A stretch of 64,000 nt of DNA from Acidobacteriota bacterium (GTDB lineage: Bacteria > Acidobacteriota > Vicinamibacteria > Vicinamibacterales > UBA2999). Positions 1-13,779 of the stretch are shown here, one piece after another. The notes beneath the pieces were generated by a model that did no database searches, was not told the DNA's origin, and was given only the letters and a program-made list of their open reading frames with translations. Numbering within the stretch: position 1 is the stretch's first letter; each line of letters starts with the position of its first letter. The stretch is from assembly GCA_009694735.1 (NCBI GenBank), contig SHUG01000004.1, positions 6,888 through 70,887 on the forward strand, read 5' to 3'. Both the position numbers and the translations under genes were made by a program.

Positions 1-443
1 ACCTTGGTTTTCCAGGCGCGGAAGCCGGTGTCGCCGGGCGTGAAGTAGAACTTTTCATAGAATAGCGGGTCGTCCGGGATGTGCATCTTGCGATAGACAC
101 CCATCAGCGAGCCATCGGCGTCGATGATGGCGGCGGTGTTGTGGTAGATGCCGGCGGCGCGCTTCTCGAAGAGCGAGGCGACGATGACGGCCTTATATTT
201 CTTCGCGAGTTTGCAGAAGGCGTCGGTCGAAGGCCCGGGAATGCTCTCGGCCAGCGCGAAGAAGCGATGGTCTTCGACCTGGCAGAAGTACGGCGAGCGG
301 AACAACTCCTGCGTGCAGACGATCTTCGCGCCCCTCTTCAGGGCGCGTTCGACCAGCGCCAGTTGCTTCGCGAGGTTCTTCTTCGGGTCGTCGCCGCACG
401 CCATTTGCGTGAGGCCGACCTTGACCGTGGTCGACACAGGCAT
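1..443 (-). CDS. carbon-nitrogen hydrolase (N-carbamoylputrescine amidase-like), partial, runs off the window start
   Basis: Manual translation from ATG 443: MPVSTTVKVGLTQM...CTQELFRSPYFCQ...YRKMHIPDDPLFYEKFYFTPGD, with the nitrilase-superfamily Glu and Lys motifs; not in the ORF track. Confidence 0.9.
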   Translation of the reverse strand, partial: MPVSTTVKVGLTQMACGDDPKKNLAKQLALVERALKRGAKIVCTQELFRSPYFCQVEDHRFFALAESIPGPSTDAFCKLAKKYKAVIVASLFEKRAAGIYHNTAAIIDADGSLMGVYRKMHIPDDPLFYEKFYFTPGDTGFRAWKTK

Positions 444-452
444 GTCGCTATC

Positions 453-1778
<1,326 letters not shown>

Positions 1779-2371
1779 AGTGCATCCAATCCTTCACCGG
1801 TCTCCGCCGACACGGGCGTGACCGGGCTTGAGTAAAGCCGTTCCAGTTCCGAGAGATGACGATGCCGCTCGGCACGCGTCAGTTTGTCGACCTTGGTTGC
1901 CACCACGTGGCGCTCGATGCCCATGCGGCTCAACCATGTCCAGGCGATGCGATCCGCGTCCAGCCCCGGGTGCCGGCTGTCGACCAGCGACAGCACCCCG
2001 CAAAACTGTGGTGCTCTCGAGCCGGGCGCGGCGCCTCCGGGTTCCTCTTCGGCATGCCGGCTGCTGAAGTACTCAGCCGCGAGCGCGTCGAATTCCTGGC
2101 GGCTTTTCTCGCCGCCACGCGCGTAGCCGTAGCCGGGGAGGTCCACCAGGTAAAACACGGGCCTGCTCTCGGCGGCCACCCGGTAGAAGTTCGCCAGGCG
2201 CGTCTTGCCGGGAGCGGCGCTCGTCCGGGCGAGCTTTTGCCGGACGAGGGCGTTGATCAGGGTCGACTTGCCGACGTTCGAGCGGCCCACCATGGCCAGC
2301 TCGGGCACGCCGTCTTTCGGGAACCCGGCCGTTCCGGCCGCGCTCGTGACGAACTCTGAGAAAACTTTCAA

Positions 2372-4753
<2,382 letters not shown>

Positions 4754-4761
4754 AAAGATTT

Positions 4762-4828
4762 TCCGGGATCCGGGATCCGGGATCCGTGTCAGTACGTGAT
4801 GGCCGGATCCCGGATCTCGGGTCCCGGA
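4762..4828. repeat. inverted pair of TCCGGGA heptamer arrays
   Basis: (tccggga)3tccg at 4762-4786 and a degenerate reverse-complement array at 4804-4828, between clpX and lon. Confidence 0.85.
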
Positions 4829-4842
4829 CGATGGGCCCGCGG

Positions 4843-6093
4843 TTATCCGGCCTTCTCAATGACTTCCAGGCCCGTATTCTTGCTGACGACCATCTCGCGG
4901 GTAATGACGACTTCCCGGGCCTTCTTCTGGCCGGGCATCTGATACATCAGGTCGAGCATCAGGTCTTCGATAATCATCCGCAGGCCGCGGGCGCCGATCT
5001 TGCGGGCCAGCGCCATTTCGGCAATCGCCTCGATCGCGTCGTCCGTGAAGCGCAGCTTGACGTTCTCGTACTCGAACAGCTTCTGATACTGACGAATGAT
5101 GGCGTTGCGCGGCTGGGTCAGGATCTGCACCAGCGCCGGGCGGTCGAGTTCGTGCAGCGTGCCCATCACCGGCAGGCGGCCGACAAACTCGGGGATCAGC
5201 CCGAACTTGATCAGGTCCTGAGGCTCCGCCTGCTCGAGGATCGCGCCGACATCGAAGTGCTTGTTCGAGTTGATCTCGGCCTTGAAGCCGAGCGTCTTCT
5301 TGCCGATGCGGCGTTCGACGACCTTGTCGAGGCCGACAAACGCGCCACCGCAAATGAACAGGATGTTGGTGGTGTCAATCTGGAAGAATTCCTGGTGCGG
5401 GTGCTTGCGACCGCCCTGCGGCGGCACGTTGGCCACCGTGCCTTCGAGGATCTTCAGCAGCGCCTGCTGGACACCTTCGCCCGAGACGTCGCGCGTGATC
5501 GACGGGTTCTCGTCCTTGCGGCCGATCTTGTCGATCTCGTCGATGTAGACAATGCCCTGCTGGCACTTCTCGATGTCGCCACCGGCCGCCTGCAGCAGCT
5601 TGAGGATGATGTTCTCGACGTCTTCGCCGACGTAGCCCGCTTCGGTCAGCGTGGTGGCATCGACGATCGTGAACGGCACCGACAGCAGCTTGGCCAGGGT
5701 CTGGGCCAGCAGCGTCTTGCCGCTGCCGGTGGGGCCAATCAGGAGGATGTTGGACTTGGTCAGCTCGACGTCGTTCCGGCTGCGCGGCTGTTTCTGGATC
5801 TCGAGCCGCTTGTAGTGGTTGTAGACCGCCACCGCGAGCTTCTTCTTCGTCAGTTCCTGGCCGATCACGTACTCGTCGAGGAACTTCTTGATCTCGGGCG
5901 GGGCCGGCAGCGACGTGCGGGTGCCGCGGTTATCGAACCGGTTGTCGTCGGCAATGATGTCGTTGCAGACCTCAACGCATTCATCGCAGATGAAGACGGT
6001 CGGGCCGGCAATCAATTTCCGGACGTCGTTCTGGTCTTTATTGCAGAACGAGCAGCGCAAAATCTCGCCGCCGTCGCCGCTCTTTCTCACCAT
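4843..6093 (-). CDS. clpX: Clp protease ATP-binding subunit ClpX
   Basis: CSFC...CDEC zinc finger, [22 protein letters not shown]. Confidence 0.98.
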   Translation of the reverse strand: MVRKSGDGGEILRCSFCNKDQNDVRKLIAGPTVFICDECVEVCNDIIADDNRFDNRGTRTSLPAPPEIKKFLDEYVIGQELTKKKLAVAVYNHYKRLEIQKQPRSRNDVELTKSNILLIGPTGSGKTLLAQTLAKLLSVPFTIVDATTLTEAGYVGEDVENIILKLLQAAGGDIEKCQQGIVYIDEIDKIGRKDENPSITRDVSGEGVQQALLKILEGTVANVPPQGGRKHPHQEFFQIDTTNILFICGGAFVGLDKVVERRIGKKTLGFKAEINSNKHFDVGAILEQAEPQDLIKFGLIPEFVGRLPVMGTLHELDRPALVQILTQPRNAIIRQYQKLFEYENVKLRFTDDAIEAIAEMALARKIGARGLRMIIEDLMLDLMYQMPGQKKAREVVITREMVVSKNTGLEVIEKAG

Positions 6094-6108
6094 GCCGATA
6101 GTCCTAGG

Positions 6109-6711
6109 TTATACCCGTTTCCGAATGACATCGTCAATAATTCCGTACTCTTTGCCCTGGTCCGCCGACATGATGTAGTCGCGTTCCGTGTCGTCCTGAA
6201 TGCGCTTCATTTCCTGGCCCGTGTGCTGGACCAGAATCTCGTTGATTCGCGCCCGCATGCGGATGATTTCCTTCGCCGCCAGGTCGATATCGGTGGCCTG
6301 TCCGCCCAGGCCCGACATCCAGGGCTGGTGAATCAGGATGCGCGAGTTTGGCAGCGAAAACCGCTTGCCCTTGGTCCCGGCCGCCAGCAGCACCGCCGCA
6401 ATCGAGGCCGCCTGGCCGATGCAGATCGTCTGCACATGGGGGCGAATGAACTGCATGGTGTCGTAAATGGCAAACCCGGCCGTAATCGAACCGCCCGGGC
6501 TGTTCAGATACAACTGGATGTCCTTGTCCGGATCTTCGGCTTCGAGGAACAGCATCTGCGCGATCGCCAGGTTGGCGACGCCGTCATCGATCGGCGTGCC
6601 GATGAAGATGATGTTGTCCTTGAGGAGGCGCGAAAAAATATCGTAGGCGCGCTCGCCACGGTTGGTCTGTTCGACCACCATCGGCACAAGCTGGTTCTGG
6701 TAGACGCTCAT
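6109..6711 (-). CDS. clpP: Clp protease proteolytic subunit
   Basis: [22 protein letters not shown]. Confidence 0.98.
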   Translation of the reverse strand: MSVYQNQLVPMVVEQTNRGERAYDIFSRLLKDNIIFIGTPIDDGVANLAIAQMLFLEAEDPDKDIQLYLNSPGGSITAGFAIYDTMQFIRPHVQTICIGQAASIAAVLLAAGTKGKRFSLPNSRILIHQPWMSGLGGQATDIDLAAKEIIRMRARINEILVQHTGQEMKRIQDDTERDYIMSADQGKEYGIIDDVIRKRV

Positions 6712-6773
6712 ATATACGCTTCTCTACTGTTATCGGCTGAGACGCTGGGAAGTGCAATAGCCAAACGGGCAGG

Positions 6774-8063
6774 TCAGGGTTTGGTGATCTTGGCCTTGGA
6801 CATGACGAGGGCCACCGCCTTTTCGCGGCGCAAGCCGGCCGCCAGCCGGCCCAGTTCGCCGTCTTTTTGCAGCCGCGCGCGGATGCTGGCCACGGTGTGG
6901 CCGGTCTGCTCCGCGTAGCGCTGCAGTTCCCCGTCGAGGTCTTCGTCGGTCACCGTCACGTGCTCGCGCTTGGCGATCTCGTCGAGCGCAATGGCCGAGC
7001 CGACCGCTTCGGTGGCCGGCGTGCGCTGGCCTTCGCGGAACGCGTTCCAGTCGATGTTCGCCTGCCGCGGATCGATCCGTTGATCGATCAGGCGCCGCGC
7101 GAAGTCCTCGAGCCGGCGATCGATTTCACGGTCCACCAGCGTTGCCGGCACGGTGAAGGGCACGCGCGAGGCCAGCTGCTTCAGCAGCTCTTGCCGCAAC
7201 TGCCGCTCCGCCGCGTGCATGGCCTCGTGTTCGAGGTCTTGACGCACCCGCGTGCGCAGGGCGTCGAGCGAATCGAACTCCCCCAGGTCCTTGGCCAGCT
7301 CGTCGTCCAGCGGCGGCACGACGCGCTGCTTGATCTCCTTGAGGCTGACCGTGTAATCGACCGTGCCGCCCGCCAGTTCCGGCATCGTGTAGTCGGCGGG
7401 GTAGGTAATCGTGAAGCTCTTGGTCGCGGCCGGTGTCATGCCGATCATCTCGGCGTCAAAGCCCGGAGGGTTCGAGGGCGCGCCCAGTTCGATCGACACC
7501 TGCTCGTGCTTCTCGCGCTCGCCCTGCTTGCCGTCCTGGTCGGTGCCCTGGCGTTCGAGGCTGATCACCACGGTGTGTCCGGCCTCTACCGCGCCAGACT
7601 CCACCGCTTCGAAACGCGCGGCGCGTTCGCGCAAGCGTTCGAGTGACTGGTTCACGACCTCGTCGGCGATCGTTGCCGCGGGCTGCGTCGCCTCGATCGT
7701 CGTGAGGTCGCCCGGGTCAAAGGCCGGCACCACGTCGAACGACGCCTTGAACGTGAGGGGCTTGCCTGCTTCGAGGACCAGGTCCTTGATGTCGGGGGTC
7801 TCGATCGGCTCGACGCCGCGCTCGCCGAGCGCCTCGCCGACCGCCTTGCCGATCAGGTGCTCGGCGACGTCTTGCATGATCTCGCCCTTGAAGCGTTGGC
7901 GGACCACCGTGACCGGCACCTTGCCGGGACGGAAGCCGGGGATCTTCGCGGCGCGGCCGATCCTGGCGGCGGCGCGACCAATCGCTTCATCGACCACCGC
8001 GCTGGGGACTTCCACCGTGAGGTCACGGCGCGTTTCGTTCACGTCAACGATTTCTGATTTCAT
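6774..8063 (-). CDS. tig: trigger factor
   Basis: IPGFRPGKVP ribosome-binding signature, about 430 aa, upstream of clpP. Confidence 0.95.
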   Translation of the reverse strand: MKSEIVDVNETRRDLTVEVPSAVVDEAIGRAAARIGRAAKIPGFRPGKVPVTVVRQRFKGEIMQDVAEHLIGKAVGEALGERGVEPIETPDIKDLVLEAGKPLTFKASFDVVPAFDPGDLTTIEATQPAATIADEVVNQSLERLRERAARFEAVESGAVEAGHTVVISLERQGTDQDGKQGEREKHEQVSIELGAPSNPPGFDAEMIGMTPAATKSFTITYPADYTMPELAGGTVDYTVSLKEIKQRVVPPLDDELAKDLGEFDSLDALRTRVRQDLEHEAMHAAERQLRQELLKQLASRVPFTVPATLVDREIDRRLEDFARRLIDQRIDPRQANIDWNAFREGQRTPATEAVGSAIALDEIAKREHVTVTDEDLDGELQRYAEQTGHTVASIRARLQKDGELGRLAAGLRREKAVALVMSKAKITKP

Positions 8064-8079
8064 TGATCTTTAAGGGATG

Positions 8080-8163
8080 TGCGAAAGAGGGGAGTCGAAC
8101 CCCTATAGCCTTGCGGCTACCGGCTCCTAAGGCCGGCGCGTCTGCCAGTTCCGCCACTTTCGC
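8080..8163 (-). tRNA. tRNA-Leu (anticodon TAG)
   Basis: Minus strand: GCGAAAG acceptor pairs with CTTTCGC; D-loop TGG; anticodon arm CCGGC-CTTAGGA-GCCGG; long variable arm; GTTCGACTC T-loop; CCA not encoded. Confidence 0.95.
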
Positions 8164-8524
8164 GAACGGAAAGTCCTAACGAGCGTAGCACGGTTCGTGC
8201 GACCGGGCGCGCGCCGCCCACCCATTTGAGAAACGGGCGCAGGCCCCCGCGAAGTACGCCCGCGGCGATCGCCAGATCGAACTCAGTCAACAGATTGGAG
8301 AACGGATGCACCCCGAAGAACTGTTTGCCGCGGTGTTCGTGATGGTCGATAGCTTCCTGCATCTGCACGATTAAGCAGGCAACCCCGTTAGTCCGATAAG
8401 ACGCTGGTAGGCTCAGAGTTCCGACGTTTTGCGGTCCTCCTCTTCTACCTATTGAGCTTGTTTGTGTTCGTCATTGTGGGCTAATATAACATATAAAGTC
8501 GTATTAAGTCATTCAAAAGCGACT

Positions 8525-8547
8525 GATTACATTTTTGTTATGTAATC
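8525..8547. promoter_or_regulatory. operator-like inverted repeat GATTACAT-N7-ATGTAATC
   Basis: Perfect 8-bp dyad in an AT-rich intergenic stretch, 14 nt upstream of ATG 8562. Confidence 0.45.
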
Positions 8548-8561
8548 GACATGGCGAAGCT

Positions 8562-8714
8562 ATGGGTAATTACACGATTCAGGCGATCGGCTTGCTGGCG
8601 GTTCTGACCCTCTCGGCCGGGGGCTGCTCACCGACCGCGGTGACTGGCCGTCGGGCTGTTCCGAGTTACGACGACCTATGTATCGGACATCCGGCTGGCG
8701 CCAGTAGCAGATAA
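8562..8714 (+). pseudogene. 50-aa ORF with a lipoprotein-like signal peptide, probably a truncated gene
   Basis: MGNYTIQAIGLLAVLTLSAGGC-SPT...: hydrophobic core and lipobox-like AGGC, then an early stop. Confidence 0.35.
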
Positions 8715-8890
8715 GACAGTATACGACATTAACGTATTATTTATCCGATTTTGCGCGCAGTTGGCCGTTTTGTCGGTCTCAGCCCATTTTTCGGCGCGAG
8801 AAAAGACCGGGAACCGGGCATCTCGAACGGATAGCATTCTCAGGCGGCCGGTGTCGTAAACGGCCTGTGAAAGGATTGCGTAACCCACTC

Positions 8891-11143
8891 ATGCACCTCG
8901 TATTCATGCCGTCAGTTCTGCGCCGGGCCGGTGTCGCGGCCGCATTCGTAGCCGGCACGATTGCCGTCGCTGGCGCCGCGAACTGGCCCGAATGGCGCGG
9001 ACCAGCGCGCGACGGCCATTCCACTGAGACGAACCTGCCCTCGAAGTGGTCACCGGCCGGTGAGAACCTGGCTTGGCGCATTCCGATCGGCAGCCGTTCC
9101 GCTCCGGTCGTGTTTGGCAACCGCATCTACCTCAATACCCCGACCGGCGATCCCGCGAACACGCAGGAGCGGCTCGTCGCGCTCGATGCCGAGACCGGCA
9201 AGATCGTCTGGGAGCGGCGCTTCAGCCTTTACTTGAGCGACGTGCCGCAGCACCGCTCGTCGTGGGCGTCGCCGGCGGTGGATCCGGAAACCGGCAACAT
9301 CTACCTGTTCACCGTCGCCGCCCAGCTAATCTGCGTGGCGCCCGACGGGAAAGTGCTGTGGGATCGATCGCTGCCGGATGAATACGGCGCGGTCACCACG
9401 CACGGCGGACGCACCACGTCGCCGATTATCGAGGGCGACAAGGTCATCCTGAACGCGCTGATTCTGGCATGGGGCGATCTCAACCGCACCGGCAACCGCT
9501 ACTTCGCGTTCGACAAGAAGACCGGTCAGACCGTGTGGATTGCCTCCCCGCAGACGCGCCACTACGACACCAACTACTCGACGCCGATCGTCAGCACCAT
9601 CGACGGCACGCGGGCCATCATCGTCGGCGGCACCGACGGTGGTTACCACGCGCTGAAGCTCAATACCGGCGAGCGGATGTGGTCGATCGAGGTCAGCAAG
9701 CGCGCCATTCTGAACAGCCCGCTGTTCCGCGACAACGTGGCCTACATCACCCACGGCGAAGAGAACATGGACACCACCGAGATGGGGCTGATCGCGGCGG
9801 TCGACGCGACCAGGACCGGCGTGCTCACGGCCGACGCCTTCAAGTGGCGCACGCGTGGCTTCCTTCCCACGTATGCCTCGCCGGTGGCCGATGCCGAGCG
9901 CCTTTACACCATCGACAACAGCGCCATTGTTGGCGCCTTCGACCTGAAGACCGGCGCGCGCTTGTGGGAGAAGACCCTGGGGACGCTGCAGAAGGGCTCG
10001 CCCGTGCTGGCCGACGGCAAGCTGTATGTCGGCACCGAGAACGGCAAGTTCTTCATCCTGCGTCCCTCGGCGACCGGCGTGGAGGTGCTGGACGAGGATC
10101 TGCTTGGCACGGCGCAGTCGCCCGAGCCGATTGTCGCCTCGCCGATCGTCGCCGCCGGCCGTGTCTACGTGACGAGCATGGAGGCGCTCTATGCCATCGG
10201 CAAGCGGAGGCCTAGTGCAGCGGGTGCGTCAGGCCCGCCTTCGCGGCCGGAGGCCGCTACGGCGAGGTCTCGCCGTAGCTCGCCGGAACCCGCGCGAGCG
10301 GAAGCGGATGCACCTGCCGTCGTGCAGGTATTCCCGTACGAATCGCTGCTCACTCCCGGCCAGACCGTGTCGCTCAAGGCGCGCCTGTTCGATGCGAAGG
10401 GCAACTTCATGCGCGAGGAGTCGGCGGCGCAGTGGACCGTCGAGCAGCTGAGCGGCGCCGTCGATGCGAAGGGTACGTATACCGCCGCCGCGGCTGGTTC
10501 GACCGCCGGCGTCGTCAAGGCCACCGTTGGCGCAATCAGCGGCACGGCGCGCGTGCGCGTGATCGAGCCGCTGCCGTGGGCGTGGGACTTCGAAGCGGCC
10601 ACGGCGGAGGCGCCGCCCACGTGGTGGACGGGCGCGCCCGGCAAGGTGTTCCAGCGCACCGTGGAGGGCGCCGGCAAGGTGCTGGTCCGTCCCCGCGACG
10701 ATACGGTCGGACGCCGCGCCAAGGTGTTTTTCGGCGCACCGAACCTGGCGGGTTACACGGTTGAAGCCGACGTGCGCGGCCGCGAGCAACGGCGGCAGCG
10801 CGGCGATGTCGGACTGATCAACGAACGCTACGGCCTCGTACTGTTTGGCAACGGCCAGAAGCTCGAGTTACAGCCGTGGCAGGCGGCCGACGAGATGACC
10901 GTTCGCGTGCCGTTTACGTGGAACGCCGACCGGTGGTATCGCCTCAAGTTGCGCGTCGATCATCTTGCCGACGGCACGGCCCGGGTCCGCGGCAAGGTGT
11001 GGCCGGCCGCCGAGGCGGAGCCGGCGGCATGGACGATTGAGAAGATCGACAAGATTCCGCACCGCATGGGCAGCCCCGGCATTTACGCCGACGGTATTTC
11101 CGACGTCTATTTCGACAACCTGAAGGTTTACAAGAGCCAATGA
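8891..11143 (+). CDS. exported PQQ-repeat beta-propeller protein with Ig-like and C-terminal beta-sandwich domains
   Basis: Signal peptide, NWPEWRGP, repeated ALDAETGKIVW-type blades; start 8891 or 8906. Confidence 0.85.
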   Translation: MHLVFMPSVLRRAGVAAAFVAGTIAVAGAANWPEWRGPARDGHSTETNLPSKWSPAGENLAWRIPIGSRSAPVVFGNRIYLNTPTGDPANTQERLVALDAETGKIVWERRFSLYLSDVPQHRSSWASPAVDPETGNIYLFTVAAQLICVAPDGKVLWDRSLPDEYGAVTTHGGRTTSPIIEGDKVILNALILAWGDLNRTGNRYFAFDKKTGQTVWIASPQTRHYDTNYSTPIVSTIDGTRAIIVGGTDGGYHALKLNTGERMWSIEVSKRAILNSPLFRDNVAYITHGEENMDTTEMGLIAAVDATRTGVLTADAFKWRTRGFLPTYASPVADAERLYTIDNSAIVGAFDLKTGARLWEKTLGTLQKGSPVLADGKLYVGTENGKFFILRPSATGVEVLDEDLLGTAQSPEPIVASPIVAAGRVYVTSMEALYAIGKRRPSAAGASGPPSRPEAATARSRRSSPEPARAEADAPAVVQVFPYESLLTPGQTVSLKARLFDAKGNFMREESAAQWTVEQLSGAVDAKGTYTAAAAGSTAGVVKATVGAISGTARVRVIEPLPWAWDFEAATAEAPPTWWTGAPGKVFQRTVEGAGKVLVRPRDDTVGRRAKVFFGAPNLAGYTVEADVRGREQRRQRGDVGLINERYGLVLFGNGQKLELQPWQAADEMTVRVPFTWNADRWYRLKLRVDHLADGTARVRGKVWPAAEAEPAAWTIEKIDKIPHRMGSPGIYADGISDVYFDNLKVYKSQ
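10234..10307. repeat. intragenic palindromic element (CCGCCTTCGC...GCTACGGCG plus an inverted copy)
   Basis: Central perfect hairpin gctacggcgag-gt-ctcgccgtagc with outer ccgccttcgc/gcggaagcgg arms; read in frame as PPSRPEAATARSRRSSPEPARAEA. Confidence 0.75.
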
Positions 11144-12561
11144 TGAAACGCGCGCCGGTCCTCCTCGTCTTGCTTGCTGCCACCGGCGTCGGCCTGTCCG
11201 CGGATTGGCCGATGTGGGGCGGCACGCCGAGCCGCAACATGGTGTCGTCGATCACCGGCTTGCCCACCACGTGGGACATCAAGACCGGCAAGAACGTGAA
11301 GTGGGTCGCCGAACTCGGTTCGCAGTCGTACGGCAATCCGGTGGTTGGCGGCGGCGTCGTGATGATCGGCACCAACAACGAGGCCTTGCGCGATCCCAAG
11401 CAGCCCGGCGACCGCGGCGTGCTGATGGCGTTCCGTGAAGCCACCGGCGAGTTCATGTGGCAGGCGACCTTCGAAAAGCTGGCGTCGGGCCGCGCCAACG
11501 ACTGGCCGTTCCAGGGCATTGCCAGCTCGCCGCTGATCGTCGGCGAGGTCGCTTACTTCACGTCGAACCGCGGCCAGATCGTCGCCGTCGATCTGCAGGG
11601 CTTCCACGACAACGAAAACGACGGTCCGGTGAAGGACGAGAAGCTCACCGGCAAGAACGATCCCGACATCATCTGGATCTTCGACATGATCGAGGAAGTC
11701 GGGACCTTCCCGCATAACCTTGCCAACTGCTCACCGGTCGCCGATGGCGACTTGCTCTACTGCAGCACCGGCAACGGCCAGGACGAAAGCCACGTCAACA
11801 TCCCCTCGCCGAAGGCGCCGTCGATCGTCGCGGTCAACCGGCTCACCGGCAAGCTGGTGTGGGAAGACAACTCGGTCGGCGATCGCATCCTGCACGGGCA
11901 GTGGTCGACACCCGCGGCCGGCGACATCGGCGGCGTGCGCCAGGTCGTGCACGCGCAAGGTGATGGCTGGGTGCGCGGCTACGAGGCACAGTCGGGCAAG
12001 AAGCTGTGGGAGTTCGACACCAATCCGAAAGACTCGCTGTGGCCGAAGACCCGTAACGAAGTGATCAGCACCCCGGTGATCTACGAGAACGTCGTCTACA
12101 TTTCGAACGGGCAGGATCCGGAACACGGCGAGGGTGTCGGTCATGCCTACGCCATCGACGGCACCAAGCGCGGCGACATCACCGAGTCGGGACGGCTGTG
12201 GCACTTCGACAAGATCCGCCGCTCGATCTCGACCGCCGCGATCAAGGACGGCCTGATCTATCTCGCCGATTTCAGCGGCTTCCTGCACTGCCTCGACCTC
12301 AAGACCGGCAAGCCGTACTGGACCCACGACATGTTTGCCGCCATCTGGGGCTCGCCGATGTTGATCGGCGACAAGGTCTACCTCGGCGACGAAGACGGCG
12401 ACATCGCCGTCATCGAGCACGGCAAGACCTTCAAGCTGGTGTCGGAGCAGAACATCGGCAGCTCCGTTTACGCCACCGCGGTACCGGCCAATGGCGCGCT
12501 GTTCGTGATGAACCGCAACCAGCTGTACGCGCTCGCAGAGGGCGCGCAGCTAAAGAAGTAG
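11140..12561 (+). CDS. exported PQQ-repeat beta-propeller protein
   Basis: DWPMWGGTPSRN, blades such as TGKLVW and SGKKLW; ATGA overlap with the upstream gene. Confidence 0.88.
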   Translation: MMKRAPVLLVLLAATGVGLSADWPMWGGTPSRNMVSSITGLPTTWDIKTGKNVKWVAELGSQSYGNPVVGGGVVMIGTNNEALRDPKQPGDRGVLMAFREATGEFMWQATFEKLASGRANDWPFQGIASSPLIVGEVAYFTSNRGQIVAVDLQGFHDNENDGPVKDEKLTGKNDPDIIWIFDMIEEVGTFPHNLANCSPVADGDLLYCSTGNGQDESHVNIPSPKAPSIVAVNRLTGKLVWEDNSVGDRILHGQWSTPAAGDIGGVRQVVHAQGDGWVRGYEAQSGKKLWEFDTNPKDSLWPKTRNEVISTPVIYENVVYISNGQDPEHGEGVGHAYAIDGTKRGDITESGRLWHFDKIRRSISTAAIKDGLIYLADFSGFLHCLDLKTGKPYWTHDMFAAIWGSPMLIGDKVYLGDEDGDIAVIEHGKTFKLVSEQNIGSSVYATAVPANGALFVMNRNQLYALAEGAQLKK

Positions 12562-12580
12562 AGTCCGGCTTCAGCCGGAC
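12558..12580 (+). repeat. GTAG-type REP palindrome
   Basis: gtaga-gtccggct-tc-agccggac; the GTAG foot contains the upstream TAG stop. Confidence 0.85.
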
Positions 12581-12599
12581 CATGCGTCATTAGACCACC

Positions 12600-13724
12600 A
12601 TGAACCGCCGCGACTTTCTCGTGACCTGCGGCGCGCTGACCATCGCGCCCAACGGGCTCTGGGCACAGCCATCGGTGTCCTCGCCCGCGGATCGTTGGCT
12701 CCAGTTCCGCGGCTCGCCTTCCCTCACCGGTGTCTCGTCCACCACGATCGCGCCGGCACCGAAGCTGGCCTGGGCCTGGGAGGGCGGGGAAGCGTTTGAT
12801 TCATCGGCAGCGATCGCCGACGGCGTGGTGTATGTCGGCACGGCCACCGGCGAGCTGATCGCGGTGGGCCTGGCCGACGGCAAGTTGCGTTGGCGCTACA
12901 AGGCCGGCGAGGCCATCGGCGAGTCGTCGCCCACGGTGGCCGGCGGCCGCGTCTTCATCGGCGACCTGATCGGCGTCGTCCACGCGGTGAACGCCGCCGA
13001 TGGCAAGCCGCTGTGGACCTTCAAGACGCAGTCCGAGATCAAGTCATCGCCGGTGGTGGTGGGTGAGCTGTTGCTGATGGGATCGTACGACGGCAAGTTG
13101 TACGGCCTCGATGCCGCTACCGGCAAGCAGGCCTGGACCTACGCCACCGAAAACTACGTCCATGGCACGCCGTGCATCGTCAACGGCGTGGCGCACTTCG
13201 CCGGCTGCGACGAAGTGTTCCATGCGGTCGATGCGAAGACCGGCAAGGAACGGCTGGCGACGTCGGCCACCGCCTATGCCGGCGCGTCCGTCGCCATGGT
13301 CAACGGCGTGGCCTACTTCGGCACGTTCGATAACCAGGTGCTCGCGCTCGACCTCGCCTCCCGCAAAGTGGTGTGGCGCTACGAACATCCCGATCGCAAG
13401 TTTCCGTTCTATTCCTCGGCGGCGGTCGTCGATGGCACCGTGGTGCTCGGCGGTCGGGACCGCATGGTGCACGCGCTTGATGCCAGGACCGGGAAGCTGC
13501 GCTGGACCTACATGACCCGCGCCCGCATCGACTCGTCGCCGGCGATCGCCGCCGGCCGCGTCTATGTCGGGTCAAACGATGGCCGCTTGTATGCGCTGGA
13601 TCTCGCCAGCGGCAAGGTGGTGTGGGAGCACGACGAAGGCGCCGCACTCACCGCCTCACCGGCGCTGGCGTCGGGCCGCCTCGTGATAGGGTCGACCGCC
13701 GGCCGCCTGCTCTGCTTCGGGTAA
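12600..13724 (+). CDS. BamB/AfsK-like PQQ-repeat beta-propeller with Tat-like signal
   Basis: MNRRDFL twin-arginine motif, regular SSP..G.V.G..G..AL...GK..W repeats. Confidence 0.88.
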   Translation: MNRRDFLVTCGALTIAPNGLWAQPSVSSPADRWLQFRGSPSLTGVSSTTIAPAPKLAWAWEGGEAFDSSAAIADGVVYVGTATGELIAVGLADGKLRWRYKAGEAIGESSPTVAGGRVFIGDLIGVVHAVNAADGKPLWTFKTQSEIKSSPVVVGELLLMGSYDGKLYGLDAATGKQAWTYATENYVHGTPCIVNGVAHFAGCDEVFHAVDAKTGKERLATSATAYAGASVAMVNGVAYFGTFDNQVLALDLASRKVVWRYEHPDRKFPFYSSAAVVDGTVVLGGRDRMVHALDARTGKLRWTYMTRARIDSSPAIAAGRVYVGSNDGRLYALDLASGKVVWEHDEGAALTASPALASGRLVIGSTAGRLLCFG

Positions 13725-13779
13725 TACCCGCCGCACTATAATCACGCCCTTCCACTCTCGACGGGATCAGGGAACCTCA

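Noticed and set aside
8305-8374. Short ORF MHPEELFAAVFVMVDSFLHLHD vaguely like an IS982 transposase N-terminus
   Set aside because: Too short; no terminal repeats or further transposase sequence
8380-8770. oriC or a complete dif site in the AT-rich region
   Set aside because: No TTATCCACA DnaA boxes or dnaA gene; only isolated, imperfect Xer-like half-sites, never a full 11-6-11 match
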